Assembly: GCA_965276945.1 (NCBI GenBank)
Contig: OZ255704.1
Location: 1,732,082-1,796,081 of the forward strand
Length of the DNA stretch: 64,000 nt
Source of the DNA: Terriglobus sp.
Lineage (GTDB): Bacteria; Acidobacteriota; Terriglobia; Terriglobales; Acidobacteriaceae
Reading direction: 5' to 3'
The position numbers and the translations under genes were made by a program. The notes beneath the pieces were generated by a model that searched no databases, had not been told where the DNA came from, and saw only the letters and a program-made list of their open reading frames with translations. Position 1 is the first letter of the stretch. Each line of letters begins with the position of its first letter. This document shows positions 10,158 to 20,001 of this stretch, piece by piece.

Positions 10158-11546
10158 ATGCTCGATCTCGCATACATCCGCGCGCACCTGCCGGAGGTGA
10201 AGGCCGCTCTTGCGCGGCGCAATACCGATCCTGACGCCCTGCTGGGCGGCTTCGAGGCGCTCGACGCCAAGCGCCGCGAGATCATCACGGATATGGAGAC
10301 GCTCAAGGCAAAACGCAATCGCCTCTCTGAAGAAATTGGCAAGCTGAAACGCACAAGTGCCGACACGGACGCGCTTACCGGAGAGGTCCGCGATCTACGC
10401 GACCGTTCGGACGACCTCCAGGCCACCGCCAGCACGCTCGATGCCGATCTCCGGGGTCTGCTGATCGCGCTGCCAAATCTACCAGATGCCTCTATCCCGG
10501 TCGGGGTGGATGAACACGGCAACACACAGGAGAAGACCTGGGGCGAACTGACGCGTTTCGACTTCACGCCAAAGCCACACTGGGAGATTGGCGAAGCGCT
10601 CGGTATCATCGATTTTAATCGTGCGGCCAAGGTATCCGGCTCCCGCTTTGTCTTTCACATCGGCGCGGGTGCAAGGCTGGAACGCGCTTTGGCCAACTTC
10701 ATGCTTGACCTGCACACGCGCGAGCATGGCTACACGGAAATTCTGCCACCGTACATGGTGAACGCTGCCTCACTGTTCGGCACCGGTCAACTCCCCAAGT
10801 TTGAACAGGATCTGTTCTACTGCGTCGATAAGACAGCGTTTACAAATTCGCTCGAAGACGAGCCAGCCGGCAACGCGATGGCCGGTGTTGACCGGTTGCA
10901 GGTCGAACGCACCACCTTTGAGGGTTTCGATCACTTCCTGGTCCCTACCGCAGAGGTCCCCGTTACCAACCTCTTCCGGGACGAGACGCTGGATGAAAAG
11001 CAGCTCACGACCAGTCTCTGCGCGTACACGCCGTGCTTTCGCAGCGAGGCGGGAAGCTATGGCCGCGATGTGCGCGGTATGATCCGTCAGCATCAGTTTC
11101 AGAAGGTCGAACTTGTCAAATTCACCACCCCTGACAAGAGCAACGAGGAACACGAGTTGTTGACCCGGCACGCCGAAACCGTGCTGGAACGGCTTGGTCT
11201 GCCTTACCGCCGCATGTTACTCTGCACCGGCGATATGGGCTTCGCGGCACAGAAAACCTACGATCTCGAAGTCTGGTTGCCTGGGCAGGGACGGTATCGC
11301 GAAATCTCCTCCTGCTCAAATTTCGGCAGCTTTCAGGCACGCCGCGCTAACATCCGCTACAGGCCTTCTGGGGCAAAGAAGACGGAGTACCTGCACACAC
11401 TGAACGGATCGGGACTGGCAGTCGGCAGAACCTATCTTGCCATCCTGGAGAACTATCAGCAGGTTGACGGCACTGTGCGCATCCCCGATGCTTTGCAGCC
11501 CTACATGGGCGGCGATACCGTCATCGGAAAGCAGGTGGCCCTCTGA
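10158..11546 (+). CDS. serS: Seryl-tRNA synthetase
   Basis: The MLDLAYIRAHLPEVKAALARR N-terminus is the canonical SerS start. Class II motifs FRSEAGSYGRDVRGMIRQHQF and NGSGLAVGRTYLAILENYQ are present. The track ORF begins 84 nt earlier. Confidence 0.95.
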   Translation: MLDLAYIRAHLPEVKAALARRNTDPDALLGGFEALDAKRREIITDMETLKAKRNRLSEEIGKLKRTSADTDALTGEVRDLRDRSDDLQATASTLDADLRGLLIALPNLPDASIPVGVDEHGNTQEKTWGELTRFDFTPKPHWEIGEALGIIDFNRAAKVSGSRFVFHIGAGARLERALANFMLDLHTREHGYTEILPPYMVNAASLFGTGQLPKFEQDLFYCVDKTAFTNSLEDEPAGNAMAGVDRLQVERTTFEGFDHFLVPTAEVPVTNLFRDETLDEKQLTTSLCAYTPCFRSEAGSYGRDVRGMIRQHQFQKVELVKFTTPDKSNEEHELLTRHAETVLERLGLPYRRMLLCTGDMGFAAQKTYDLEVWLPGQGRYREISSCSNFGSFQARRANIRYRPSGAKKTEYLHTLNGSGLAVGRTYLAILENYQQVDGTVRIPDALQPYMGGDTVIGKQVAL

Positions 11547-11926
11547 TGCTGAAGACGCTGCGCAGCTATCTTTTCTGGACTTATGAGCGTGGCTCATTCC
11601 ACTACGACGTCATGGTCACGCTGATTCTGCTGTTTATTTTCATCTCCCCGCACCTGATCAACTATCGCGACCGGCCGGTCTACCAACTTCCGTCGCAGAT
11701 CATGGTGGAAAATAACGGGCAAGGTGAACTGGTGTACCAGGTGAAAATGGCAGACGTGGACCAGAGCCTGAGGCACGTAAAAGGCAGCGACCCCAACCTG
11801 CGCACGCGCCGCGCCCTGCGGCGGCTGATAGAGCCGATCGCCGGCGATGTTCTTATCGAGCATTACGAGCCTCTCGAAGACGCCACGGGCCGGATCAATG
11901 CATACCGCGTCTGGGCACACCGGTGA
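11546..11926 (+). CDS. Hypothetical small membrane protein
   Basis: 126 aa with one clear TM segment (VMVTLILLFIFISPHLI). The start overlaps the serS stop (TGATG). Confidence 0.55.
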   Translation: MLKTLRSYLFWTYERGSFHYDVMVTLILLFIFISPHLINYRDRPVYQLPSQIMVENNGQGELVYQVKMADVDQSLRHVKGSDPNLRTRRALRRLIEPIAGDVLIEHYEPLEDATGRINAYRVWAHR

Positions 11927-12025
11927 GCGTGGCGCACCGAATCTCGGCGCATCGGTGATCGCGCGCATCGCAAACCTGTTTCCACGCTCTAATGGTCAGG
12001 GCTACTGCAAGCCACGGGGAGCATC

Positions 12026-12685
12026 ATGCAACGCCTTTTCACAACAGTTTTGTTATCCATAGCCCTGTCCACTGCAACGGCACGCGCCGCCGATGATCCC
12101 ACGCTCGACAAAACCCTTCGCCAGATGGACGCCGCTTCCGCGCGATTCCAATCGGCCGAAGCCGACCTGAAGTGGGAGATCTTTGAGAAGGTTGTGCGCG
12201 ACACCACGACCCAGACAGGCTCCATCTACTTTCAGCGAACGAAGTCCGGCACTGACATGGGTGCAATCATCACCACGCCAAGCCTCAAGTACCTCCACTT
12301 TGCTAACGGCAAGGGCGCGCTCTACGATGCAGTCTCGAAGAAACTGACGCCCTTCGATGCCGGACAAAATCGCGGTCGCGCGGAGAGCTTTCTGACACTC
12401 GGCTTCGGCGGCAGCGGCAAGGATCTGGAGCGCGCCTGGATAGTTTCCCCGCAGGGCAACGAAACCATCGATGGCATGCTCACGGTGAAGCTCGATCTCA
12501 TTCCGAAGGACCCCGCCACGGCCCAGACGTTCACCCATGTTCTTGTATGGATTGATACGTCCCGCGCGATCTCGCTGAAGCAGCAGTTCTTTACGCCGGA
12601 GGGTGACACCCGCACCACGTACTACACCCACATTCGCTATAACACGGCGGTTGATATCAGGAAGTACGCTCTTCCCAAGCACTAG
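12026..12685 (+). CDS. LolA-like / outer-membrane lipoprotein-sorting family protein (tentative)
   Basis: 219 aa with signal peptide MQRLFTTVLLSIALSTATARA. Beta-rich composition and size are typical of LolA-like proteins. The family call is tentative. Confidence 0.5.
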   Translation: MQRLFTTVLLSIALSTATARAADDPTLDKTLRQMDAASARFQSAEADLKWEIFEKVVRDTTTQTGSIYFQRTKSGTDMGAIITTPSLKYLHFANGKGALYDAVSKKLTPFDAGQNRGRAESFLTLGFGGSGKDLERAWIVSPQGNETIDGMLTVKLDLIPKDPATAQTFTHVLVWIDTSRAISLKQQFFTPEGDTRTTYYTHIRYNTAVDIRKYALPKH

Positions 12686-12700
12686 CATCGGCTGAGCCAG

Positions 12701-13720
12701 CTATTGCACCTTGCCCAGAGGCCGCAGGCGCGTAAATTCCAGCGCGCACGCCACAGCGGTACGCGCGCGCAGCTTAAGGTTGTCTGCGGCCATCCAGATG
12801 GCAAATCCCGTACCTTCCATACCTGCGGCAGCCTTCACCCGCAGCAACACCTGACCCTGCCCAGCGGAACTCAGATTGCTCGGCGGATCACCATCGTCGG
12901 TCACCAGATCGAGCGCTTCTGAACGCAGACCCGCAGTAAACACGTCTAGCGACACTGGCGTGGCAAGCTCAACAAACAATGACACTGTAAACCCGTGGAA
13001 CACAGGTGCCTGTACTACTTGCAGCACCGGCATCGGCAGCTTGCCTCCAGTTAGAATCTGGAGATCCGCTAAAATCCTTCCCTCAACAGCGTCCAGTGGA
13101 TTCTTTGCCGATTCGCCCAGAGCGGGCAGCAGATTGAACGCCACCTGCGCGTCGAACTCCTCTCGCGGCACCGCCTGAAACGAAAGAAGATTGACTGCCT
13201 GCTGCTGCATTTCATCCACTGCCACGCGCCCATTCTCGCTGGCAGGCTGCAGGATAGTCGCTGCCGCAAAGCGCACCGGAGCTGCCTTCCCCGCCATCGG
13301 CAGTACCGTTGCCAGCATCGCCGCTACTGGATGTGCGCAGCGCACGTACGCATCTTCCAGGCCCAACGGCACCGCGCCGCCCAATAATGGCGAACGTACC
13401 AGCACATTTTCTGTCGCCTGAATGGATGTCGTGGCATCCACCACGGCCACGCCCATCCCTTGCGCTCTCTGGCCATACTCTCGCAACATACCCGTATCGC
13501 TAAAGATGGCTACGTCCAGATTTTCCAGCGCGCCCGTCTCTAACGGCTGGATAAACGAGGCCTCGTCACCCATCGACTCCAGCGTGCCGCTCTCGTCCTC
13601 GTTGTCCAGAAGGATAGTCGTGGCGGAAGCCAGGGGACTCTCCGCAATCTCGTCGGCGATCTCCTTGCCCAACAGAGTTGTCGCGCCGACCACCGCAATA
13701 CGGTACTGATTCTTGCTCAT
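12701..13720 (-). CDS. Asd/ArgC-family semialdehyde dehydrogenase-like protein
   Basis: 339 aa with a Rossmann N-terminus (IAVVGATTLLGKEI), a Cys segment VRCAHPVAAML and a dimerisation-domain segment VQAPVFHGFTVSLFVE. It diverges from canonical Asd (see finding). Confidence 0.7.
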   Translation of the reverse strand: MSKNQYRIAVVGATTLLGKEIADEIAESPLASATTILLDNEDESGTLESMGDEASFIQPLETGALENLDVAIFSDTGMLREYGQRAQGMGVAVVDATTSIQATENVLVRSPLLGGAVPLGLEDAYVRCAHPVAAMLATVLPMAGKAAPVRFAAATILQPASENGRVAVDEMQQQAVNLLSFQAVPREEFDAQVAFNLLPALGESAKNPLDAVEGRILADLQILTGGKLPMPVLQVVQAPVFHGFTVSLFVELATPVSLDVFTAGLRSEALDLVTDDGDPPSNLSSAGQGQVLLRVKAAAGMEGTGFAIWMAADNLKLRARTAVACALEFTRLRPLGKVQ

Positions 13721-13771
13721 ATACCTCTCAGATGCTCCAGAAGCGCCATGCTATGCAAGCCGTCAGGTCTG

Positions 13772-14614
13772 TTATGCCAGTGGTTCGCCGATGCGCCCGG
13801 AACGCCGGCTGCTGGCCGCGTAGATAAACCGCGCCCACATCCCGCTCACCATGTAGGCCAGCGCCATGGAAATCAGCAGGTACTCAGAAAACTTGACCAG
13901 CAGAACGCAAAACACCATCAGCACAAGGAAGATCCGCACCGGCTGGCGGCTGCCCAGGTTGATTTCTTTTCCACTCCAGAAGCGCCATCGGCTCACCATG
14001 AGAAATCCCGTAAACAGCAGCAGCGCCAGCCACACCAGTCCTGTCCAGGGATTGTCCACCGGCGAACCATCAAAACAGTGCACCACGCTGGCCACCACGC
14101 CCGCCGCCGCCGGGATCGGCATGCCAACGAAATAACGCCTGCCAGGCCTTCCCGGATTGCTCGGCTTCGGATTCACCGTCACGTTGAACCGTGCCAGACG
14201 GCAGGCACCCGCAATCAGAAACAGAAACGCCGTTACCAGCCCAAAATCCGCCACGTTGTGCAGGAGTTGAGGCGAGAAACCCACAGCGGGGATCATGCGG
14301 AAGCCCCACGTGTATGCCAGGATACTGGGCGCAACCCCAAAGGTGATGACGTCGGCCAGAGAGTCCAGCTCACGGCCAAAATCGCTTTCCGTGTTCGTCA
14401 TGCGGGCGATGCGCCCGTCCAGCGCATCGAATGGAATCGCAAATGCAATCGCCACCGCAGCGCGATCGAAGTAACTGTGATCGGCCGGTGTGGCCTGTAG
14501 ACTTTGGGTAATGGCGTAAAAGCCGAGCGCGATGTTACCTGCGGTAAACAGAGACGGCAGAACATACAACCCGCGCTGCGGACGGCGTCTGGACCGCTCC
14601 ACGCCTCCCGCCAA
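13772..14614 (-). CDS. pssA: CDP-diacylglycerol--serine O-phosphatidyltransferase
   Basis: CDP-alcohol phosphatidyltransferase motif DALDGRIARMTNTESDFGRELDSLADVITFGVAP. TTG start lies 1 nt after the psd stop. Confidence 0.9.
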   Translation of the reverse strand: MAGGVERSRRRPQRGLYVLPSLFTAGNIALGFYAITQSLQATPADHSYFDRAAVAIAFAIPFDALDGRIARMTNTESDFGRELDSLADVITFGVAPSILAYTWGFRMIPAVGFSPQLLHNVADFGLVTAFLFLIAGACRLARFNVTVNPKPSNPGRPGRRYFVGMPIPAAAGVVASVVHCFDGSPVDNPWTGLVWLALLLFTGFLMVSRWRFWSGKEINLGSRQPVRIFLVLMVFCVLLVKFSEYLLISMALAYMVSGMWARFIYAASSRRSGRIGEPLA

Positions 14615-14615
14615 G

Positions 14616-15278
14616 CTAGACTTCCATCGCCGGTGCGGCCGTTACAGCTGGAACAGCAGCCTTGCGCGGCACCACCGCTAAGATGGTGCTGCCGCCTTTT
14701 ACACGGTCTCCCGTGTGCACACGAAGATTGGAATCGGCCGGCATCAGCACATCCACGCGCGATCCGAATTTGATCAAACCAATGCGCTGGCCGCGACGGA
14801 TGCTGTCGCCCGGCTTCACCTTGCACACAATCCGCCGTGCCAGCAGACCCGCGATCTGCTTCACCTGGACGGAGTAGTCCGGCCCCTCGATGACGACGAC
14901 GTTCTGCTCGTTTAGCACGTTGCTGTCCGCGCGCATGGCATTCAGAAACAGGCCACGCTTGTAGTTCACCTGCTTCACCGTCCCGTCAATCGGCGAGCGG
15001 TTCACGTGAACGTCGAACACATTCAGGAAGATGCTCAGACGCAACCGGCTGCCATCTGGCGTTTCGATCCACTCTGCTTCTGTCACCTTGCCATCCGCTG
15101 GTGACACCAAGGCACCTGCGGCCGCCGGAATGCGGCGGGACGGATCGCGGAAGAACCAAAGAAAGAACGCCGCCAGAATCAGTGGCAAGACAGCCAGTCC
15201 AACCGATCCGGTCAGTAGCCATAGCAGGCCACCCACCGCACAGAAGCCTAGTGCGTAAAAGTATCCGTCACGAACCAT
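14616..15278 (-). CDS. psd: Phosphatidylserine decarboxylase proenzyme (short type)
   Basis: 220 aa. [13 protein letters not shown] carries the G-S self-cleavage motif. It is adjacent to and co-oriented with pssA. Confidence 0.9.
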   Translation of the reverse strand: MVRDGYFYALGFCAVGGLLWLLTGSVGLAVLPLILAAFFLWFFRDPSRRIPAAAGALVSPADGKVTEAEWIETPDGSRLRLSIFLNVFDVHVNRSPIDGTVKQVNYKRGLFLNAMRADSNVLNEQNVVVIEGPDYSVQVKQIAGLLARRIVCKVKPGDSIRRGQRIGLIKFGSRVDVLMPADSNLRVHTGDRVKGGSTILAVVPRKAAVPAVTAAPAMEV

Positions 15279-15336
15279 ACAGCACCATGATACGGTGCGA
15301 TTGCGGCTTGGGCCAGCATCCGTGCGTGGTGCCGCG

Positions 15337-15768
15337 TTATATGGACCTGAGACTTCGCTCCATCAGCAGTGCGTTTTCGGCAGGGTTGGAGTAGTAATCG
15401 CGCCGAACACCAGTCTGTAGAAAGCCTGCGCGCTTGTACAGTGCCACCGCGGCAGCATTGCTCATCCGTACTTCTAGCCGGATACGATCCGCTTCCTGCT
15501 CCACCGCCCACGCAAGCACGGCGTCAAGCAGGGCACGCCCAATCCCGTTCCGTTGTTCCGCAGGCATTACGGCAATGCTTTCCAACTCGGCCTCAATTGG
15601 ATTCCCGGCCTTCAGAACGGAGGCGATGACAAAGCCTGTCACAATTTCATCGCATTCCGCCATAAAAACTCCCCGGCGGAGGGTCACGTCTTCGCCACGC
15701 GTAAGGGGCTCAAGCACGGCTTGTATCTGCGCAGAAGTCCACGCCGGTGCTGACGGGTTCGCCTGCAT
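15337..15768 (-). CDS. rimI: Ribosomal-protein-alanine N-acetyltransferase (GNAT)
   Basis: 143 aa with a GNAT core ([31 protein letters not shown]). It lies downstream of tsaB, the common tsaB-rimI pairing. Confidence 0.8.
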   Translation of the reverse strand: MQANPSAPAWTSAQIQAVLEPLTRGEDVTLRRGVFMAECDEIVTGFVIASVLKAGNPIEAELESIAVMPAEQRNGIGRALLDAVLAWAVEQEADRIRLEVRMSNAAAVALYKRAGFLQTGVRRDYYSNPAENALLMERSLRSI

Positions 15769-15849
15769 GATCGTGATCAGGTTCGAAAGATCCCCGGGCG
15801 CGGCCGCGCGAATAAATGGCGCAAGGCTCAGTACGTGCCTCCGTTCGCC

Positions 15850-16521
15850 CTATGCACGCTCCACCGCGGCTCGCCGGGCCAGTTCTGCATCGGGCACACG
15901 CAGGTAGTTAGCATCCAGCAGCATCGGATCGGCAAAGCAGCCAGCCAGCACTTTTTTCCAGACGAGCGGCAGCGCCTCCCGCACGCCAACAGGCACCACA
16001 CAATGCGCAGCCGGGTACAGGGACAGCAATCGTTCTTCCATCACAACCACCGGCTCGCTCTCCGGAACGGTCGCAACCGCATCCGTGCCGTGCATCATGC
16101 ACTCATCCAGGCACGCTCCGTCACGGTATCGGCCCGCAAACACATCACCACGTCCGGCGTCGATCCATGCCTGCACCGATCCACGCTGCGTGGACTGCGC
16201 CGCCAGCACGGCAAGTCGCGACACCGCCACAACCGGCTTTCCAAGTGCCTCCGCCAGGCCTTTGATCGCCGCCACGCCGATGCGAACGCCTGTGAATGAT
16301 CCCGGCCCGGTGACGACCGCCAGGATGTCGAGAGTACGCACATCGAGAGCGGTGTCCGACAGCACCTCGGCCAGCGCGCTCATCAGGCGCTCCTGCGTCT
16401 CACGCCCTGGCAGCGAGCGCTCGGCAATGATGCGCGCCTCGCCAGCTTCTTCCAGGTCCATCGCGCAAATGGCGGCACCGCCTTCTGCCCCACACGTGTC
16501 TATCAAGAGCATCCATGGCAT
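15850..16521 (-). CDS. tsaB: tRNA t6A37 biosynthesis protein TsaB (YeaZ)
   Basis: N-terminus MPWMLLIDTCGAEGG and signature AVVTGPGSFTGVRIGVAAIKGLA. The start is taken at an internal Met (16521 or 16512) rather than the track start at 16641. Confidence 0.8.
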   Translation of the reverse strand: MPWMLLIDTCGAEGGAAICAMDLEEAGEARIIAERSLPGRETQERLMSALAEVLSDTALDVRTLDILAVVTGPGSFTGVRIGVAAIKGLAEALGKPVVAVSRLAVLAAQSTQRGSVQAWIDAGRGDVFAGRYRDGACLDECMMHGTDAVATVPESEPVVVMEERLLSLYPAAHCVVPVGVREALPLVWKKVLAGCFADPMLLDANYLRVPDAELARRAAVERA

Positions 16522-16670
16522 AGATGAGATAGTAAATCCGCACCACGGAAAGGAACGTGCTCTTGACAATCGACCCTGATGAATGGAATAAGTATGTCGC
16601 GCTCGTGACGGAACATTTATTTTGAGACGTCTCAAAGGCACGCCACTTGGTTAAGGGAGAACGCTTCCGT

Positions 16671-18284
16671 ATGCGAAAACTGCTGCTGTGGCCGCTAATG
16701 GTGGCGGCCGGATCGGGTCTATGTCTGTGGGCCGCCGATTGGCCGAGCACCGGCGGCAACCCTCAGCGTGATGGCTGGTCGCAAGGGGAAACCATCTTTT
16801 CTCCTCAATCCATCAGCAAGGTCAAGCTCCTCTACAAGTACAAGTACGACAACAAATCCGCCGGCCTAAACGCTCTGACCGGCCCCATCGTTCTCAGCCG
16901 CTTGATCGGCTACCACGGCTTTGAGGAACTGGTTCTAACCACGGGCAGTGGCGGAGCGGCCTACGCCACCGACGCGGACCTTGGCCTTCCCTACTTCAAG
17001 ACACCCTTGAACCCTCAAGAGAAACTTTCAACGCATGAGTCCAGTTCTCTATGCCCAGGTGGCCAGACCGCCAGCATGGTCATGTACGGCCAAAGCGCGG
17101 TCTCCCGCTTTGGCGGCTTCGGCGGCGCAAATCCCGTCGCCCGGCTGGGCGCGTACTACACCGTCAGCAGTGACGGATACATCCACACCCTGCGCGCGCA
17201 GGACGGCCAGAATCAGATGATTCCGGCCGTCAAAATGCTACCCGCAAACAGCAACATCACCGGCCTGAACTTTGCCGGCAATACTCTTTACGCAGCCACG
17301 ATTAACGGTTGCGCAGGCCCCAACGGCTTGTACGCCGGTGCCTTTACGCCACCCGTCTTTCCGCCCACGCCAGACCTGCCTATGGTGAAGCCTTCCAAAT
17401 GGGATATCGCCTCCTTCATGACCAACGGCTCCGGCTTTTCCGGAACCGCAGGCGTTGCTGCGAACACGAAAGATGACACCGTCTTCGGCATGGTTCCGGA
17501 CGGCAAGGGGGATGCCGCCGGAACCTACAGCGACACGGTTCTTGCCCTGGAAGCCAATACCCTTGTGGTAAAAGACTGGTTCACGCCCAGGCATCCCGCG
17601 CTCGCCCCAAAAGCGAGCCTGCCCCTCACTGGTATCACTCCAGCCGTCTTCGCGAACGAAGGCAAGGATTTCGTGATTGCGGGCGGCCGCGACGGCCGTA
17701 TCTACATACTCGATGCAACAGCACTCGGTGGCTCCGACCACCACACACCATTGTTCGCCTCGGAGCCAGTCATCACAACTGGATCGCAGGCGTCGGGAAC
17801 GGGCCTGTACGGAACCTTCGCCACCATGGTCGACAAGGGCCAGCGATGGGTCTTCGCCGCCGTGCGCGGCACATGCGCCATGAAGTTTCCCGGTATGAAC
17901 GGTGCATCGGCCAATGGCGGCATTGTCGCCTTTAAGCTGACCATGACGAACAACCGTCCATCACTCACGCCCGCATGGACATCGCACGATATGCTTGCGC
18001 CAATGGCACCGGCAACGGCCAATGGCCTGGTGTTCGCATTGTCGTCAGGGATGCCCACACGTGTTGGAAAAGACAACGGAACGCCATACAGCGTATCCGA
18101 AGCGGAAAAGCTGTCGAAGCCCGCGACTCTCTATATTCTGGATGCCAGCACGGGCAAAGAACTTTTCAGCAGTGGTCCCGCCTCCAGCTTCACCAGTAGC
18201 GGCCTCGCCGTGGCCAACGGCCATGTGTACTTCACCACCCACGACAACACGCTGTTCGCGTATGGCGTCCCCGAGGAGCACTAG
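16671..18284 (+). CDS. Secreted PQQ-like (BamB-like) beta-propeller repeat protein, paralog 1
   Basis: ATG 16671 is preceded by AAGGGAGA. Signal peptide MRKLLLWPLMVAAGSGLCLWA, then DWPSTGGNPQRDGWSQGE. C-terminal blade: NGHVYFTTHDNTLFAYG. Confidence 0.75.
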   Translation: MRKLLLWPLMVAAGSGLCLWAADWPSTGGNPQRDGWSQGETIFSPQSISKVKLLYKYKYDNKSAGLNALTGPIVLSRLIGYHGFEELVLTTGSGGAAYATDADLGLPYFKTPLNPQEKLSTHESSSLCPGGQTASMVMYGQSAVSRFGGFGGANPVARLGAYYTVSSDGYIHTLRAQDGQNQMIPAVKMLPANSNITGLNFAGNTLYAATINGCAGPNGLYAGAFTPPVFPPTPDLPMVKPSKWDIASFMTNGSGFSGTAGVAANTKDDTVFGMVPDGKGDAAGTYSDTVLALEANTLVVKDWFTPRHPALAPKASLPLTGITPAVFANEGKDFVIAGGRDGRIYILDATALGGSDHHTPLFASEPVITTGSQASGTGLYGTFATMVDKGQRWVFAAVRGTCAMKFPGMNGASANGGIVAFKLTMTNNRPSLTPAWTSHDMLAPMAPATANGLVFALSSGMPTRVGKDNGTPYSVSEAEKLSKPATLYILDASTGKELFSSGPASSFTSSGLAVANGHVYFTTHDNTLFAYGVPEEH

Positions 18285-18286
18285 TC

Positions 18287-19957
18287 ATGTCCGTATTGCG
18301 TTGGAAGACCCTCTCAGTTTGTGCTGGAACCCTGCTCGTGTGTGGCGCTGCGCTCGGCCAGAACTGGCTGATGGATGGTGGCGACAACATCCGCTCCGGG
18401 TGGCAGCGCGACGAACATATCCTCACCAAAGCCAACATCGGCACGATGAAGCTGCTGTGGAAGGTGCAGACAGACGTGGAGCCGCACGCTCTGCACGCCT
18501 TGATGGGTCCTCTGGTGGTGCAGGACGTGCCCATGTCCGGCGGCAAGAAGGAGATGGTGTATGTCCTCGGTGCGTCAGACGTGCTCTATGCCTTCGATAC
18601 GTCGACACATGCCTGTGTTTGGGAAAAGCACTTCACCTATAAGGCATTGCCTCCACGGCAGCAGGGGCCGCCGCCGGATGTGGCTGCCGGAACCGCTGGT
18701 GCAAATCGGCCGATTACCGTGGCACCCGCACCGCCAGCCGATCCGTCACGGGGTTCACAGACCGATCCGAGGCACTATAACTTTCTCAATCCACAGGGCA
18801 GCACGGGTGTGCCCGCTATTGGTCCTGAAGAAGCCGGTGGGGTGCGCCCCATCTATGTTGTCGATGGCGGCGGTGTCTTGCATACGTTGAGCGATGTCAC
18901 CGGGGAAAGCCTCCGTCCTGACATCACAATGGGCGCGCCAAGTAAGTTCGCGCTTCAGTTGTACAACGGTGAAGTTCTATATGCGGTGTACGCGGGCAAG
19001 ACTGGCATTGTTTCGACAAAGGCGGACGGATCACAGACGCAGCCGACAACGACAATCGGATTTGGCGGGGGTGGTGGCCTTTGGGGACGCCGCGGTCCGG
19101 TAATGACCAGCGACGGCACGGCCTGGAGCACAACCGGCGACGGCCTGGTAAACCTGAGTAATCCGAACAACTTGGTCATCGGCAACTCCGTCGTCGGTTT
19201 CAAAAAAAGTGAGGACGGCCAGCACTGGGTGGTTAAGGACTGGTACACCCCGCCGAACTGGGACTGGCTGCGCCGCCGCGACCTGGACCCCAACAATACA
19301 CCCACCGTTTTCAACTGGCATGGCAAGGAGTACATCGCCGCGTCGGGCAAGGAGTGCCGCGTCTACTTGCTCGATCCGCAAAATGTTGGCGGACCCAACC
19401 ACGACACACCGCTCTACAAGACACCTCTGGTTTGCAACGAGATTGTCGATTTCCAGAACGCCGGGTCATGGGGTGCGCTGTCCTCGTGGGAGGACGCCAA
19501 AGGCACGCGCTGGGTGCTAATGCCCTTCTGGGGACCAAAGCACTCCCAGATGCACTTTCCCATCGAAAACAAGCCCGAGACAAAGGAGGGCGGACAAGCA
19601 GCCTTCAAGATGGTGGAAAAGAATGGTAAGCCGGAGCTTGAGCCGGTATGGGTCTCCCGCGACATGCACCGCGGTGAACCCACCATCATCGCGAACGGCA
19701 TGGTCTTCTCGTACGGCAGCGGCGACAACACACAGCAATCATGGAACGATATTGGCCTGAACTTCGACTCGTCCATCCGTGCCTCAAGGGGTGTTCCCGT
19801 CAAGATGTATGTCCTGGACGCGGAAACCGGCAAGGAACTGTGGACCAGCGGCGACGCGATCAAGGGCTTCAATCACTTCTCGTCACTCACCGTTGCCAAA
19901 GGCAAGGTCTATATCGGCACCTACGACGGCATGTTCTACTGCTTCGGCCTGTCCTAG
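18287..19957 (+). CDS. Secreted PQQ-like (BamB-like) beta-propeller repeat protein, paralog 2
   Basis: Starts 2 nt after paralog 1. Signal peptide, then NWLMDGGDNIRSGWQRDE. C-terminal blade: KGKVYIGTYDGMFYCFG. Pro/Gly-rich insert at about residues 120-190. Confidence 0.75.
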   Translation: MSVLRWKTLSVCAGTLLVCGAALGQNWLMDGGDNIRSGWQRDEHILTKANIGTMKLLWKVQTDVEPHALHALMGPLVVQDVPMSGGKKEMVYVLGASDVLYAFDTSTHACVWEKHFTYKALPPRQQGPPPDVAAGTAGANRPITVAPAPPADPSRGSQTDPRHYNFLNPQGSTGVPAIGPEEAGGVRPIYVVDGGGVLHTLSDVTGESLRPDITMGAPSKFALQLYNGEVLYAVYAGKTGIVSTKADGSQTQPTTTIGFGGGGGLWGRRGPVMTSDGTAWSTTGDGLVNLSNPNNLVIGNSVVGFKKSEDGQHWVVKDWYTPPNWDWLRRRDLDPNNTPTVFNWHGKEYIAASGKECRVYLLDPQNVGGPNHDTPLYKTPLVCNEIVDFQNAGSWGALSSWEDAKGTRWVLMPFWGPKHSQMHFPIENKPETKEGGQAAFKMVEKNGKPELEPVWVSRDMHRGEPTIIANGMVFSYGSGDNTQQSWNDIGLNFDSSIRASRGVPVKMYVLDAETGKELWTSGDAIKGFNHFSSLTVAKGKVYIGTYDGMFYCFGLS

Positions 19958-19974
19958 GCCGCTCGCAGTGTGGC

Positions 19975-20001
19975 GAAGCCCTCGCTTTGGCGAGGGCTTT
20001 T
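19975..20001 (+). terminator. Rho-independent terminator after the beta-propeller pair
   Basis: AAGCCCTCGC (19976-19985), loop TTTG, GCGAGGGCTT (19990-19999) form a 10-bp perfect stem running into TTTT. It lies 18 nt after the stop at 19957. Confidence 0.75.

Noticed and set aside
12053-12061. DnaA-box-like TTATCCATA
   Set aside because: It is a single copy with one mismatch inside a coding region. There is no cluster or AT-rich unwinding element, so there is no evidence for an origin.
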